DNA of 64,000 nt from Flaccisagitta enflata (GCA_965153355.1 OZ231126.1:37014001-37078000); one strand, 5' to 3'. Shown: positions 1 through 26,986, counted from the stretch's first letter. Numbers and translations: made by a program. Notes: a model not told the origin generated them from the sequence alone.

Positions 1-244
1 TTGATACATCAGTGACTTTACTTACAAGGCCTAAATTCAACCCATCGATGCGTCCTTTGCGTTTTTAGTCTTGTGCTACGCGACTCTTCGCCCCACTTGG
101 TCAGTCGGTCGGTCTGTCCCTGTTTTCCTTTTTTGGCGTTTTTAAGCTTTTTGGGCTCACAGCTCCTTTCTAATTGCCATTATAAGTCATTCTAAGTCAT
201 TCTAAGCCCTTAGTCATTCTAAGTCATATTATATGTTATACTAA

Positions 245-497
245 GGGGGCGTTTCTAGTCAGAGACAACCGCGTTTTGAACGGGCCACTCGGTCGCTCGC
301 TACGTTCGTTCGTTCGCTCGCACCAGTAACTCGCTCCCAGCGCTCCGCTCGCTACGCTCGCTTGCTCTGTTCACGGGCTAGCTCACTCACTTCGCTCACT
401 CCCTCGTGGGACAGTTGAAATTCTTGAAAATGTGTTTACGCTGTTAACGCGTTTCACGGGAGGGAACGCGTTTTTGGTTGTCACCAGAAACACGCCC
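245..497. mobile_element. Tourist/PIF-Harbinger-like MITE
   Basis: Imperfect TIR ggg(g)gcgtttctagt / accagaaacacgccc flanked by TAA on both sides. Fragments of the same family near 3135-3280, 25230-25350 and 27590-27670. Confidence 0.65.
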
Positions 498-554
498 TAA
501 GTCCCTTAAGTCAATCAGGTCAATTTAGTCATTTAATTCTTTTCTGCTTTTTTT

Positions 555-1229
555 GGCAGCGGCGCCAAAGGGGCCGATGACCTATGCTTTCACACAGGAG
601 AAATTTCTCTTTCTCCTTCTTTTCCTTCTCCTTCTCCCCCTCCATCCCCCCCCCCCTTTGAAGCTCATATCATGGCCTTGAGGCTCATATCCCAGCCTTA
701 AGGCCCAAATTCTAGCCTCAAGGCCCAAATCTTAGCCTTGAGGCTCAAATGCCAAACAAAGGGCTAAAGTCCCAGCCTCAAGGCCCAAATCCCATTCACG
801 AGGCTCAAATCCCAGCCTTGAGACTCAAATTACAGTCTTGAGGCTCAAATCCCAGCCTTGAGGCTTACATCCCAGCATTGGGGGTCACATCCCAGCTCTA
901 AGGCTCAAGTTCCAGTCTAAAGTCTCTAGCCCAAGCCTCCGAGGTTCAAATCCCAGTCTTGACTCAAATCACAGCCTCAAGGCTCAAATCACAAGCTCAT
1001 GGCTCAAATCACAACCTTGAGGCTCAAATCACAGCCTGTAGGCTCAAATCACAACCTTGAGGCTCTAATAACAGTATTGATGCTCAGATTTAAGCCTAGA
1101 GCTTCAAAATCTACTAAGCATAGGTCATCGGCCCCTTTGGAGCCGCTGCCCCTCTCACCATCACACACCTACATATACTCAAATAGGGGCAACGGGTACC
1201 GCTGACCATCTAACGCTTTTGCGACTGTT
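555..1229 (+). mobile_element. HINE-like family E with 35-bp subterminal inverted repeat and ~21-bp central tandem repeat
   Basis: ggcagcggcgccaaaggggccgatgacctatgctt (555-589) is inverted at 1116-1150 with 1 mismatch; (aaatcccagccttgaggctc)-like array; 3' tail accgctgaccatctaacgcttttgcgact. Relatives at 1785-2826, 3370-3418, 12750-12860 and 22180-22710. Confidence 0.75.
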
Positions 1230-1359
1230 AAGTCATTTCAGGATATCCTACGTCATTTACGTGACTTATAGGTGTTGGCCTTGTTTTCCAACGACTTAGC
1301 TTTTTATCGAGCTCGTGCAAGAGATGAAGAGAGAGAGCGAGAGCGAGAGCGAGAGCGAG

Positions 1360-1422
<63 letters not shown>

Positions 1423-1493
1423 CAGAGACAGAGAGACAGAGACAGAGAGAAAGAGACAGTGAACATTACTCGATTTTACGTTATCTGTAAAAA

Positions 1494-1686
1494 AACAAGG
1501 CTGGATACACGGCTACCCCAGTCGCGTACAGGTGGGCAGTGGGCAGGGGCTCAATCATTTGGGCAGGTGCAGTGAGGCCAAAGACCGCAAAAACCCAAAA
1601 AAAGTCAAGTGTGACGGACGGACCAATGGACGGACCGACGGACGGACCGACAAACCGGGTTGTTGAGTCGCGTAGCACGTGACTAA
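1494..1686 (-). mobile_element. HINE-like family A copy. Related copies near 9262-9462, 13876-14455, 15009-15177, 20108-20262, 21600-21773, 21829-22105, 23500-23657, 26470-26618, 29424-29637, 33920-34227, 39525-39705, 47928-48103, 50770-50924, 59470-59725
   Basis: Shared layout aacaaggccggatacacggc...gggtgggcagggg...(ggac)n...tagagtcgcgtagcacgcgactaaaa, or the variant tagagttgcgtgtccgcaactaa. Boundaries of the other copies are approximate. Confidence 0.85.
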
Positions 1687-2237
1687 AAAAGCCAACGAGG
1701 ACGCATCTAAAGATATCTTTTTAGTCGCGTTCTACGCAACTCTACACCCTGCCAGTTGGTTGGTTGGTCGGTCTGTCCCCTTAATAGGCAGCGGCGCCAA
1801 AGGGTCGATGACCTATACTTTCACTCATATGGGGAATTTTCTCCTTCTCCCTCTTCTTCTCCTCCGTCCCCCTTCGGATCCGAGTCTTGAGGCCCAATTT
1901 CCAGTCTCCAGGCCTAAACCTCAGTTTCAAAGCCCAAATCCCAGCCTTGAGGCCCTATTCCTAGCCTCGAGGCCCAAGTCCCAGCCTGGCGGCCCAGATC
2001 CCAGCTTGGAGGCTTAAATTTCAGCCTTGAGGTCCTTATCCCAGCCATTGAAGCTAGGATTAGGGCCTAAAGGCTGGGATTTGGGCCTTGAGACTAGGAT
2101 CTGGGCCTCCAGGCTAAAATTTAGGCCTCAAGACTGGGTTTTGGAGGGGACGAAAGAGAAGGAGGAAAAAATTCCCCATACATGTGAAAGCATAGGTCAT
2201 CGACCCCGGCCACTGTCCTGCTTCCCCTCAAACTTCA

Positions 2238-2766
2238 ACAGTCAGTGGACAAAACAAAATAGGTAGAGAGCTCACTCAGTTGGCTTTGATCCAACCTACT
2301 GTTATTAAACAGCAGGCTGTAAACAACAACTGGTTGTGAAAATTACAGCCGGCTGTCATCTTACAAAGTTGGCAAAAATCCAACCTAAATAGAACAGAAC
2401 GTGATTAGCATATTCATAATCCTGATGAAATTCTGAGAAGTTTGACATGTCACACTTAACATTTTTTATAAAAAATAATCTCTTAACAATGCATTATAAT
2501 TTTATTAAACATTGATAATTTTTTTTTATTTTCATATAAAAGTATATGTTGGGACATATCAAACTTCTCAGAATTTCACTAGGATTATGAATTTGCAGGT
2601 TACATGCTATTTCGTGAAAGTTGGATTTTTGCCAACTTTGTAGCATGACAGCCGGCTGTAATTTTTACAACCAGTTGTTGTTTACAGCCTGCTGTTTGAT
2701 AATAGAAGGTTGGATCAAAGCCAACAGAGTGAGCTCTCTACCTATTTTGTTTTGTCCACTGACTGT
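2238..2766. mobile_element. Palindromic (foldback) MITE; second copy at about 13572-14549 with a nested HINE
   Basis: Long inverted arms starting cagtggacaaaacaaaataggtagagagctcactc and ending gagtgagctctctacctattttgttttgtccactg. Confidence 0.85.
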
Positions 2767-3613
2767 CGAGCACAACTTACTAAGGCAGGGCACGGGCACC
2801 GCTGACCATCTAACGCTTTTGCGACTTTTACTTTTTTGGCATTTTTGAGCTTTGTGAGCTCGCTGCTCCTGCTCCTGAATGTCAAAGTGACCTTTTCTAT
2901 CATTGCCCTTTCCCACCCGGGCGCGACTAGTGTAGCCATGTATCCGGCAAATATACAAATCTTTTCCCCCAATCTGGTAACTTTGGAACTAAACCTTTGG
3001 AACCTTTGGAACCTTTGGAACCTTTGGAACTAAACCTTTCAAGAAATATTCAACCATGAAAAGACTACAAACAAATACATGAATTTTTTGAGTGAATGCC
3101 TAGTTAGTGCTGAGTACACCTAAATCAGTTGGAGCGTGTTTCTAGTGAGGACGACAATTGCGTTTCTTTCTGTGAAACACGATTACAGCTCAAACACATG
3201 TTCATGAATAACAACCATCCTACTAGGGAGTGAGCAAACTGAGAGCAAGCCCATGAATGGAGTGAGCAAGCAAAGCCAATGAGCAGGAAAAGGGGCTTGA
3301 GAGGGCTGATTTGAGGCCTCAGGGAGAGGGGGGGGATGGATGGATGGACAGATGGACGAAAATCTGGAAATTCACCCGTGGCCTTCAGGACATCGGCCCT
3401 TTGGGGCCGCTGCCCAAAATGTATCACAAATGCTATTTTTTCCACTTTTCGACTTGATCACCACAGATGGGTGAACAGACGGACGGGAGGACGGACAAAG
3501 GGACGGACAGACGGACAGACGGACGGACCGCCGGATGGATAGACAGACAAATCCTCTTGAAGAGTTGCGTGTCTGTCTCTATATGTGATCTCTCTCGCTC
3601 TCCTTCTCGCTCT

Positions 3614-3679
<66 letters not shown>

Positions 3680-3844
3680 GCCTGTCAGTCTTTCCGTCTG
3701 TGCCAGTCTGCTCTGCCGTATTTGTCTGTTTCAGTCTGTCTTTCTGTCTATTTCAGTCTGTGTGTTTCCGTCTGTTTCAGTCTATGTCTTTCTGTCTGTT
3801 TTGGTTTATCCGTCTGCCTGTCTGTCTCTGTCTGCCAGTCTGTC

Positions 3845-3894
<50 letters not shown>

Positions 3895-4631
3895 AGTCTC
3901 TCGCTCCTTCATGGCATGGAACGGTTGACGACCTATCGAAACTTGAAAAAAAAGCTAATTCTTTTGTCATTTTTGAAATACAAATTCAATTTGCTCGGCG
4001 ACCCCTTGACCGATTGAGATGAAATTTTACACAGACAAACTACTTAAAAAATGCCGTCGAATGAGCCCAATCCCAGCATGACGTTATTAGAAGAAGAGTT
4101 ATGATTTTTTAAAGATTAAAAAATTTCGATCGTTTTGAGCAAATAACTGTCATTTACATTCCCATCGAGGAAGTGATTTTAACAAAAAATGTGCTTTAGT
4201 AAAAACTTGCCGAAGGGAAATTTGTGTTCCATAGGCGACATGGAACACTTCTCCACCCCTCAGGTCTTTGGACACTCAATTCTGGCCTATGCGGAGTAAA
4301 AGACCGCCGTGGATATACAAGCCAGTGCTACGATGCAGACCAACGGATCAACGGACCGACCGACGGAAAAAAACAAAATTTCTTATTTAGTTGCAAGTGA
4401 AAAGTGTTGATCTTTTTTTTTTTTTTGCCATGGCGTTTTTCAAACGCGGACTCCGTCTGTCTGTCCGTTTGTTTGTCCGTCCGTCTTTACATCCGTCTAT
4501 CTACAATTCTATCTACATTGTATTGATACAATCTTTCTTCCTATTGATACGAACGTTGAAAGCGGGCTTCAACCTCACAAAGAGAAACGTGATGATTGCT
4601 AATGAAGGCGTTTGGCAACGTGACAATCCTC

Positions 4632-4632
4632 G

Positions 4633-4724
<92 letters not shown>

Positions 4725-4830
4725 GCTGTTGTTGCTGTTGTTGCTGTTGTTACTCCGAAATTACGTTCATCATCATCCTCCTCCTCCTCCTCATCTTCAT
4801 CATCATCAACATCATCGGCATCATCATGAT

Positions 4831-4891
<61 letters not shown>

Positions 4892-4950
4892 AATGGCAAT
4901 GATGATGAAGATGATGATGATGATGAAGATGATGATGATGATGATGATCA
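4632..4950. repeat. Compound (GTT)n-(CAT)n-(GAT)n microsatellite just upstream of the iGluR start
   Basis: Directly visible. Confidence 0.95.
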
Positions 4951-5056
4951 ACCTTTCTCCAAGGTGTCCCCTCCTCCTCATGTTCTATAGACTGATAGAC
5001 ATGTATTGACTTTATTGCACCACGTTAATGAACACATTTGATCCTCAATTAACAAG

Positions 5057-16992
<11,936 letters not shown>

Positions 16993-18946
16993 GTAAACAC
17001 ACCGACCAACCGACATAACAACGTGATGAATTGTGTATCAAGGGTACACAGGCAGCGAGCAGTCTTGTAGGCAGCAGAGGAAAGAAAACTTAGAAAAGAG
17101 GGGGCAAAAAAAGAGAGGAAAAAGAGAGAGAGGGAAAAAAGGAAAAAAAAAGAGAGAGAGAAAAAAAAAGAGAGAGAGAAAAAAAAAGCAAAAAAGAAAA
17201 AACAAGAGGAAAAAAAAGAAAGAGAGCAACAAAGAAGATGAAAATTAAAAAAGAAAAAAAAACGACCAGGAAATTAAGGATTGTATAGTCCATGGTTTAT
17301 AGCGCAAGCCTAAATTAAAATATTAGATTGATGATTTTGCCCAACTAATATCTGCCTACTGAACATCTGTTTGTAAATTAACTGATATTTCAGAATACAG
17401 ATTTTAAGCATTTTGAAATTTGATTAGTTCCTGCCTACAAAGTTTTGCCTTTAATGTTCATGGTATACAACAAGGCCAAGTAGGCCAATAAGGTGCGACG
17501 TGTGGATCGTCAAACGAATGCGTCACCTGACCAACTGACCAACCGACCAACGGACAGAGCCAGTTATAGAGGTGCTTTGTCGCACCTAAAAAGCAAATGA
17601 TACATAAATGTAGAATTGCTTTTGTAAATCATTTGAAGCAAAGGATTTTTTTTCATACACAATGTGTTTTATTTAGTCCTACTTATATAAGGTCATGTAA
17701 AGAAAATAATGAGGTTTTTTAACATGATTCCTGCCTACAAAATTTATTTGGTTGATGCACTGCATATTACCAACATTTTTTTTGCTACTGCAATCATGCA
17801 AAAATCATACGCAAATTGTGTAGGCAGGGACCAGTAGAAATTTTTTGCTCATAACAGGGCGTGCAAAATTATCCGCAATTGGCACTTATTTATCAAAAAA
17901 ACCTTAGAAGATTTTGATCTATGAAAGCATGAAGGGTAGGTATGAAAAAGTATCCTTTTAAGTATTCAAAACTAAAATTCTTAAGTCAGGTATAAAACTT
18001 TTCAGGTAAATTTTACTGTAATAAAACACTCCTTAAAAAGATTTTTTTTAAATAATCTGAAATTCTGCTAATAGTTTGTCCTTCTCTGTAGACCTAGTTT
18101 ATTTGCTTTGGTGAGCTCTATTCATGATGATATAATTAACCTCCCTCCGCATAATGTGTGCCAAGCTAAGAAAATCATTATTGAGAATTCACAAATACAA
18201 GAATCTATGATTTAATACCCTATTTTGCCTATAAAATAAAATCCTCTCAAAATCAAAATATTTGCTTCAAATCATTTGACTCCCATAGTGACAAGGGTTA
18301 CAGAGAAGACCTGCAATCAATCTTAGCTTCTAGTACGACTAACTAGGGCATTCTGGTCCAAATTTCATTGCGCTGAGTCACTTTAAAGTATAGTTTTCTT
18401 TTCATGAAGCAATTGCTGATAATTTTACACACCCTGTTAGGCAGCGAAAAATTTTGTCGGACCCTGTGTGTATCCGCGACAAGAAACAAGCCGTACAAAG
18501 GGCAGTAGCCACGGATGGTTGAGCAGAGGCTGTACTAAAAAAAAGAAAAAAAAACTCACACTCATACGCAACCCAAAAAAGACAAAAACAATGGTAGTTC
18601 AATAATGGGAGATATGGCGTGGCCCAAATTAGGGCCACTGTAAGGTCCTTAGCGCGGACAGTTATAACGGCCATAAAGTTATGACATTGTCTTTTCTTCA
18701 CCTCATAAAGAATAAAAAACAACAACGTTACAAGGAGGGCGTTTTATTGGACATAAAGCGGCTGTTGTTCTGTTTCCGCTAGCTGGTCCTTCAACATTCT
18801 GAATAAGCGCGGATTCTGTCAACCTCCCTCCTCTCTTTTTTTTCCTCTATCCTTCTTTCCTTTTCTCCTCATGAATGGAGGAAGCTCATGAGATATGAAT
18901 GTGTTGCAGAAGATTTTTTTAAGTATGCACGCACATGCAAAAGTGG

Positions 18947-19004
<58 letters not shown>

Positions 19005-19353
19005 GTGCGTGTGTGGTGGTGTGGTAAAACTAAGTTTATGTTAAGAAATTTATTTCTTTTTTTTTTGACGGTTTTAGATGACGACAGTTTTTTTATAATC
19101 ATGATGAATTGTCTGGTTCAAGAGGAATAGTCTGTATAATCACTTGAAGAGAAAATTCAAAAAATGGCCCTGTCAAGACCACTCGTGATCTGTGTGGATT
19201 GATGCCTCACTCTAATTGCAGCATTGTGATTGACATTTAACCTCCATTTGCGATTCAGTGAGAAATACTCCTACCCTTGTCTGCTCTTCATAGGCAGGTG
19301 AATTTTTTAGTAAAGGAGGGCAACAGGGTATGCTATAATGCAGTGTGCGTAGA

Positions 19354-19410
<57 letters not shown>

Positions 19411-19586
19411 CAAACAATGAACTGCCCAAATTAGGTAGTCTTGTTTCATGGAGCCTCCGTCGGAGCATGAAAGAAAGAAAACTGTCGGAGATTGAAGGAA
19501 AGAAAGAAAGAAAAAAGGAAGAAAGAAAGAAAGAAAGAAAGACAGAAAGAAAGAAAGAAAGAAAGTAAGAAACAAACAAAGAAAAA

Positions 19587-19618
<32 letters not shown>

Positions 19619-22600
19619 GAGAAGGAGAGAAAAAAAAAAGACCCAATGAAAAAACGGCGGTTTAAGCGACCAAAAGACACTGCGAGTTATAGAGCCACGT
19701 AAATTGCGACTATAAAGAAAGTGGAGAGAAACCAGTAGCCCAGGACTACCAAATAGTTAAAGATGGGTAGGACAAGGGAAGAAATGTGTTCTTCTGTGCA
19801 TTACAGACTGACAGGAAAACGGTTGGATGGACAGATGGGTGGACAGATGTATGGACCAAAAGCCTCTCTAAGAATAGCATTTCACAATTAAATAAAGGAT
19901 TTGAATGTCAGCGCTCAATTATAACCTCCTTATCCTCCTCATCCGAGCACGACCGACGCCAGCATTACATTCTACTTCCTTACTATTAACCAGTTCTTCA
20001 ATGAGCCAAAACAAACAAATATGTTCCCTCAGCATTTAGGAACAAGGTCATATTGTAGCAAATTTGTGCGCCTCGCCGATAAAGAATGTGTAGCTAAGAC
20101 AAAGAAAAACAAGGCCGGATACACGGCATCCAGTTGCGGACATTTGCCAATAGAGCAGGTCATGGAAAACCGTCACCCAAATTGTGACCACAACGGACTG
20201 CATACCGACATACCAATCACCTACCACCACGGTAAGGTGTAGAGTCGCGTGTCCGTGACTAAAAAACTGATCAATTTATTTTTCTTAATTCTGCTTGATG
20301 TTCAACGCGAAATTCAGTATGCATATTGACTCAGCCAGGACGCGTTGCCCAATTGTGCTTGTTTCTGCAGATCTTTCTGCTTCAAATTTTCTTCAAAATG
20401 GCGCCATGAACAAATTTTTCACTTGATGCGTTTAAGTTCTATGTTTCAACAAACAAAAAACATGCCATGCCATTTCTAAACGGATAAAGCTAGGACAACC
20501 AGCTACTTATCATTTGAAAGATCATTCGCAGAGCTTTTTTTATTTCCCCAAGGTTACATCAACTGAAGCAATGTGCATATTTTTTTACCCATAGATATTT
20601 CTTTTTTTTTCTTTTGTTAAGGACTGGAGGCTGAGCTTTGGGCTTGGAGGCAGAGGTTTGAACCCTAAAGGGAATCAATGGATGGGCAGATTGACGGACG
20701 TCTCTCCACTCTCCTTCAAATTTTTTCCTGCACTACACAAGTTTGTTGGTTTTTTTTTGTTGTTGCTGTTGTTGTTATTGCTGTTGTTGTCGTTGTTGTT
20801 GTCGTTGTTGTTGTTGCTGTTGTTGTTGTTATTGTTGTTGTTGTTGCTGTTGCTGTTGTTGTTGTTGTTCGCTGCTGTTGCTGTTGCTGTTGTTGCTGCC
20901 GTTTTTGTTGTTGTTGTTCAGCAAAGAAACAGCATATTTCATTAGCTTTTAATGTCTTAAAACAAAGATCATATTGTTTTTTGTTTTGCGCATTTATACT
21001 CAGTTGCGGCCCCTTAGCACGTGGCTCCTGGCATGTGACCCCGCATTTTGGGTGAGCGTACGTACATGCGCATGGAGCATGTATATCTGGCAAAATCGAA
21101 GGCAACGGTTTTAATGAAAGAAAATTCAAGGCCATTTTTAAGATCTTTAGAAAATCTTCTAAATGCGTCATTACTGGTAGTTGTAGGCTTATTCCTAAAT
21201 ACTTGCCAAATAGAGTATTCGCAATAGTGTGTGGCCCTGGTTGTGTGCTATGTCAAAAGGGTGGTGGAAGATTTTGACTGATTTTGACGAGAAATATTGT
21301 TCTCTAGAGACGGCATAAAATTTTTTTTCATTTTTCGGTTGGTCGGAAGGTCACCCGATGGGTCGGTGGGTTGGTTGGATGGCGGGTTGGTCGGTCGGTA
21401 GGTCAGTAGGTCGGTTGTCTGTTTGGTTGATTGGTTGATTGGTTGGTCGGTCGGTTGGTTGGTTGGTTGGTTGGTTGGTTGGTTGTTCAGTTGATCACTT
21501 GGTCAGTCTCCTTATCACTTTTTTGGCGTTTTTGAGCTTTTTGAGGTCACTACTCAAATACACAAATGCCCTAGTATCCTTTCACTCAAGAAGAAGAATA
21601 ACAAGGCCGGATACACGACCAATACCAAATGCGGACTGGTGGGCAGGAGCGGAAATGCGTGTTTTCACACTTTTCGATTCATGCTCATGGACCGACGGAT
21701 GGACTGATGGACCAACGGACCGACGGACCAACGGACGGACAAAGGCTCTTATAGAATTACATGTCCACAACTAAAAATAAAAAAAAAGAAGAAAACAAAG
21801 AAGAAAACAAAAAGAGGACAGCTTGAAGAACAAGTGACGCGGGGTCACAATATAGTTGTGGACGGGTGGGCAGGGGCAGCCAAGCCCCATCCACACCCAC
21901 GGCCCCACCCAACCCCTTTTCCAACACAGACACATACACAAAAAGCTTCTAAAACATTCGTTTCCCACTTTTCAACTTGTGCTCACGGACCGACAGACAG
22001 ACGGACCAATGGATGGACGGACCGACAGACAGACGGACCGACGGACCAACAGACGGACGGACCGACGGACCGGTCAAAGCCTATAGAGTTGCGTGTCCGC
22101 GACTAAAGATAAAGAAAAAGAAAAAGAAAAGAAAAAGAAAAAGAAAAAATGGAAAAGAAGAAAGACATGGAAAAGAAGAACAAGTCATCCAAGGATTGCA
22201 CATGGTCAGCGGCACCCAATGCCCTGCTTTTAGAGTGACTGGCCTGAAGAGGTGAGGAGAGCAGGGCAGCGGCCCCAAAGGACCGATGTCCTGTAGACAT
22301 AGTGAATTGCTTACGTCCTGAGAAGGCATATTTCAGGCCTTGAAGGCAATTATCCATGATATTTGATGGGAGTATGTGGCTTTTCTACAATTTATTGTCA
22401 ATTTTCCATGTTATCCAATTGCTATTCTGCATTTTTTTTTTTTAAATTTTCCATGTTATTCGATGGATAATATGTATTTTTCTATTGTTTGTAAATTTTC
22501 CATGTTATTCAATGAGAAGTTTGCAAGTTTGTCATATTCCCATGTTATTCAATGGGAAGTTTGTATTTGGTCATTTCCTTATGTTATTCAATGGAAATTA

Positions 22601-23234
22601 GAAAATTGAGAAGGTTAGGGGGGACGTACGGACGGACATACGTACAGACGGATTTTAAGGAAATTCACCCCTGTGTCCTACAGGACATCGGCCCTGGCGG
22701 GCCGCTGCCCAAAAAGGAGGAAAAGAAGAAAACAAAAACAAACAAGGCCAAGTAGGCCAATAAAATGCGACGGGTGGATCGCCGAATGAATACGTTATCC
22801 GACCGACCGACCAACAGACCAACGGACACAGCCAGTTATAGAGGTGCTTTGTCGCACCTAAAAAGAAAAAGAATGGCAAACAATGTATCGGCACTCGGAA
22901 GCTAGTAGAAGAAGAAGAAGAAGAAGAAGAATAAGAAGAAGAAGAAGAAGATGAATAGTTAGTTACACAATAAAAAGAAGAATAGCAAGAAGAAGAAGAA
23001 AATGGCATATGAACATAAAAAGAATAGCATGAGTATGAAAGAACTAAATTTAATAAATCAACCGAGCACATTGTTAAGAAACCATACCCTTGAAGGATAG
23101 AATCGAGGTCAATCTTTTTAAATGTAATCGCCGGGCATTTAATCCAAGCTACTGACTACTGAGTGGTATGACACGTGGAACAATATCCCTCACTATGCCC
23201 CAACTAAAAAATACGGAAGACAGCATATGCGCGC

Positions 23235-23314
<80 letters not shown>

Positions 23315-23687
23315 GCTGCACGTCTAAGGCCCTGAGGAGGTCCCGTAGCAGTTCAAATACATGTGATCGAGGAAGCTTTAGGATGGACAAATTGTAGAAT
23401 CTAAGTGCATCAGGTCCTCTTTTTTTTTTCTTCTCTCTCTCTCTCTCTTTCTTCTTTCTCTCTCTCTCTCTCTCTCTTGGACAACAACGATTAACTATCT
23501 TTTTTAGTCGCGGAAAAGGGCGACACTATACCTCGCCGTGTTGGTCGCTATGTCGATCTCTTGGTCCGTCCATCACTTTTTTGGGTTCCAAGCGGTTTTG
23601 GCATAACTGCTCCTGCTCAACCTTCCGCGACTGGTTTGCCGTGTATCTGACCTTGTTACTTTTGAAGTTGATTTTCGATGATTATTG

Positions 23688-24600
23688 ATGGCGCACTATG
23701 CGCCAATATGACACCAAAATCCACTAAGGGCTATATTATAGCAAAAAACTCTAAAAGTCAAAAAATATTTTATCTAGGATAGATCAATGAAAAATAAAAT
23801 TGAATTTGTAAAGGGGTGATCATGAAATATCAATTAAGCATATAATTTGCATTGTTGTTTTTGTTAAGTTGATAGAATCTGTATTTTTGCATTTATTCAT
23901 TAGTATTTCATTTTATTAATTCCTAAATGCAAAGATTTTTTAAATCTTAGTAAAATTTCTTATCAAAATTTTATTGCATCAAAATTTTTAATTGAAAATA
24001 AGAATTTTTTTTGCATCCAAAATTTTTTTGCACTAGAAATTTTTTTGCATCAAGATTTTTTTGCAGTAGAAATTTTTTTGCATCAAGCTTTTTTTTGTAT
24101 CAAAAATTTTTAGCATTAAAAAGTTTCGTTATAAAAAATTTTTGTCATCAAAAAAATTTTTTTTAAAAATTTTTTGCAACCAAATTTTTTTTGCAACGAA
24201 TTTTTTTTTGCATCAATTTTTTTTTGCATAAAAAAATTTTTGCATCAAAAAAAAAATTTTTATTATTTGAAATTTTTATCTTTATAAAAAAAAATTTTCA
24301 AAGCAAATTAAAAAAAAAAATTTTTTGCATAAAATTTTTTTATGCCTCAAAATATTTTTGCATATTTTATTGTAAGATTTTTAGCATTAAAGAAAATCTA
24401 CAATTAATACATTTGAGGTCATTTGTTCTGATTGGTATTAAGCTTGTACTAATTTGAGTTGAATCTTATAACATAACATTATATTTTTGAGAAAATCTTT
24501 TATTGTTTTTTCCTAAACATTATTATTTGATTTTTGTTAAATTTTAGTACAATTGAGCAAATAGTGCATTTTGTGTAATTACGGCGCATAGTGGGCCATC
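23688..24600. mobile_element. MITE with AT-rich internal repeats
   Basis: TIR gatggcgcactatgcgcc / ggcgcatagtgggccatc; internal (aaatttttttgcatc)-like repeats. Confidence 0.7.
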
Positions 24601-24706
24601 AGATCCATGGCATTGCCGACAATCAACATCAAAAGCAAAAACGTTAAAATTCGTAGTTCAACAAGAAATATATCCACAGAGAGAGAGAAAGAGAGAGAGT
24701 AAGAGA

Positions 24707-24810
<104 letters not shown>

Positions 24811-25080
24811 CATATTTTTTGGTCAATGATGAGTGCACTTCATTTCCATTTTAGCACGACATCATGATGAGAACTTATTTTTCCCATTTCACTGAAGCAC
24901 GAACTTGAAAAATGCCAGTTCTTTCTCTTTCCTCTGAAACACGACGTCGTGCTTCAGTGAAAAAAAGTTTAACTTAAGCACGACGGTATAGTCTGTAGCA
25001 CTCGTCAATGCAAACTGTCACGTCAGCTAGCTAGCTCTTTGCATTTCTACTCATGTGCCTTAATACTCTTTTTTTAGTAC

Positions 25081-25164
<84 letters not shown>

Positions 25165-25809
25165 CGCGCTTAGATCGCGTTTTGACGCCACCGTTGCTCA
25201 CTATGTTGCACCACTCACCTGCTCATCTGCCCTGCAACGCTTTGCTTTGCTATGCTCGCTTGCTCCATTCATGGGCTCGCTGACTCACTTCGCTCACTCC
25301 CTCGTGGGATGGTTGAAATCCATGAATATGTGTACATGCTGTAATCGTGTTTAGCAGGAATAGGTTTTTGAAAAGACAGCTTCGCAGCATTTGTGAGTTG
25401 GGGATGGACAGAGCCACTTTCCGGTCTGCAGAAAACATTTTGACGCAAGTTGTGACAAAAAGAGAAGTGAGATGACAAGAAACAAGGCCGGATACACAGC
25501 TACCGAAGTTGCGTGTGGGTGACGCGCGCCATTTTGACGCGATTTTACCGTTGTCAAAAAGTTTCTTTGACGCAAAATTTGGATTCTGCATTGAAATCTA
25601 CATCGCATAGTGTAGTCAGCTCAGATTTTCTCTTCAAAGGAAGAAGCTTATTCATGTACAAAAGCAGATTTTATCAAGAATCTCGAAAATGGCTTGGTCA
25701 ATCTATTCTGGCTTGTTAGTAGAGACCGGTCACGTCGTAGAGCGAGGCTGTGTAAAATTATCGTTGGAAAACGCTAAATTTCAGAGCGAAAGATAGCTTA
25801 TCTACTTAA

Positions 25810-26142
25810 AAACAAGCCCGACTGGGCAAAGATGCGTCCGGACTGTGTTTCTGACAGGTATTGAGTCAGATGGACTGACAGATATGGAGACAGATGGACA
25901 GACAGACAGGGAGAAAGGTCACAAAACATGAAGGTTGATCATTTGCGCCTCAGTAGGATCTCACCAGCCAATAACAGCTGAGAAACGCGGTTTTTGCACA
26001 GGCGTAACGGACGGAGCGACGGACGCACCGTGGCCAATAACAGCTGAGAAACGCGGTTTTTGCACAGGCGTAACGGACGGACGGACCGACGGACGGACCA
26101 ACCCTCCTATAGAGATGCGTTCCTGACGGACGCATCTAAAAA
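25810..26142 (-). mobile_element. HINE-like family C (AGATGCGTCC type); related copy at 55705-55887
   Basis: aacaagcccgactgggcaaagatgcgtcc ... (ggac)n ... tatagagatgcgttcctgacggacgcatctaaaaa. Confidence 0.72.
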
Positions 26143-26843
26143 GCTGTGATTATCAGGCAATGAGCTATGATCAATACAAAATATGCGAAAGGATGAAATA
26201 TTACATCATATGGCATCAGGATATCATGAAAATCCGGAGGAAAAATGATTAACGCGAACCAAGGATATTGTCAAAATAACCCTCAACTTCGATGAAAGGG
26301 GAAGGGAATATTGTCTGAGACTGGTTTCAAAAAATATTTTCTCTGCCGCGTTCCCCTTCTACCAATCGCATGTTTTCATGGCAAATAAGCATTAAAACTA
26401 CTACGCAGCTAAACAGCTTCAGAAGGTAGTTTGCATTTAGAAACGATTTTTTAAACCCAGTTTCTATTCAACAAGGCCGGATACACGGCCATCAGTTGCG
26501 GACGGGTGGGCAGGGGCGGAAATGCGCGTTTTCTCACTTTTCGACTCGATGGTTACGGACGGACCGACCAATGGACGGACGGACAAAGCCTCTTATAGAG
26601 TTGCGTGTCCGCAACTAATAATCATTGGCTGGTGTATATTATAAATGGACCCGCTTGATGATTCATTGAACATTTACTTTTAGAAGTGCTTCATGAAGCA
26701 TATTATGACAAAATTTTCCAAAAAAGTGACGTAGAATTTTTAGGCATCCCCTTACTACTTGTAGTCCTTGATGCAGTATTTTTTTCATTGACAGGATATT
26801 AAAGCATCGTCGTCGTCATCGTCACTATATCTGGACCATGATG

Positions 26844-26914
<71 letters not shown>

Positions 26915-26921
26915 TGTGTCT

Positions 26922-26986
<65 letters not shown>

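Larger units (their letters stand above)
62..1285 (+). mobile_element. HINE-like family A variant with (aagtcatt)-type central repeats, carrying two nested elements
   Basis: 5' tttttagtcttgtgctacgcgact plus (ggtc)n; 3' tacgtgacttataggtgttggccttgtt. An uninterrupted reverse copy lies at 13876-14455. Confidence 0.7.
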
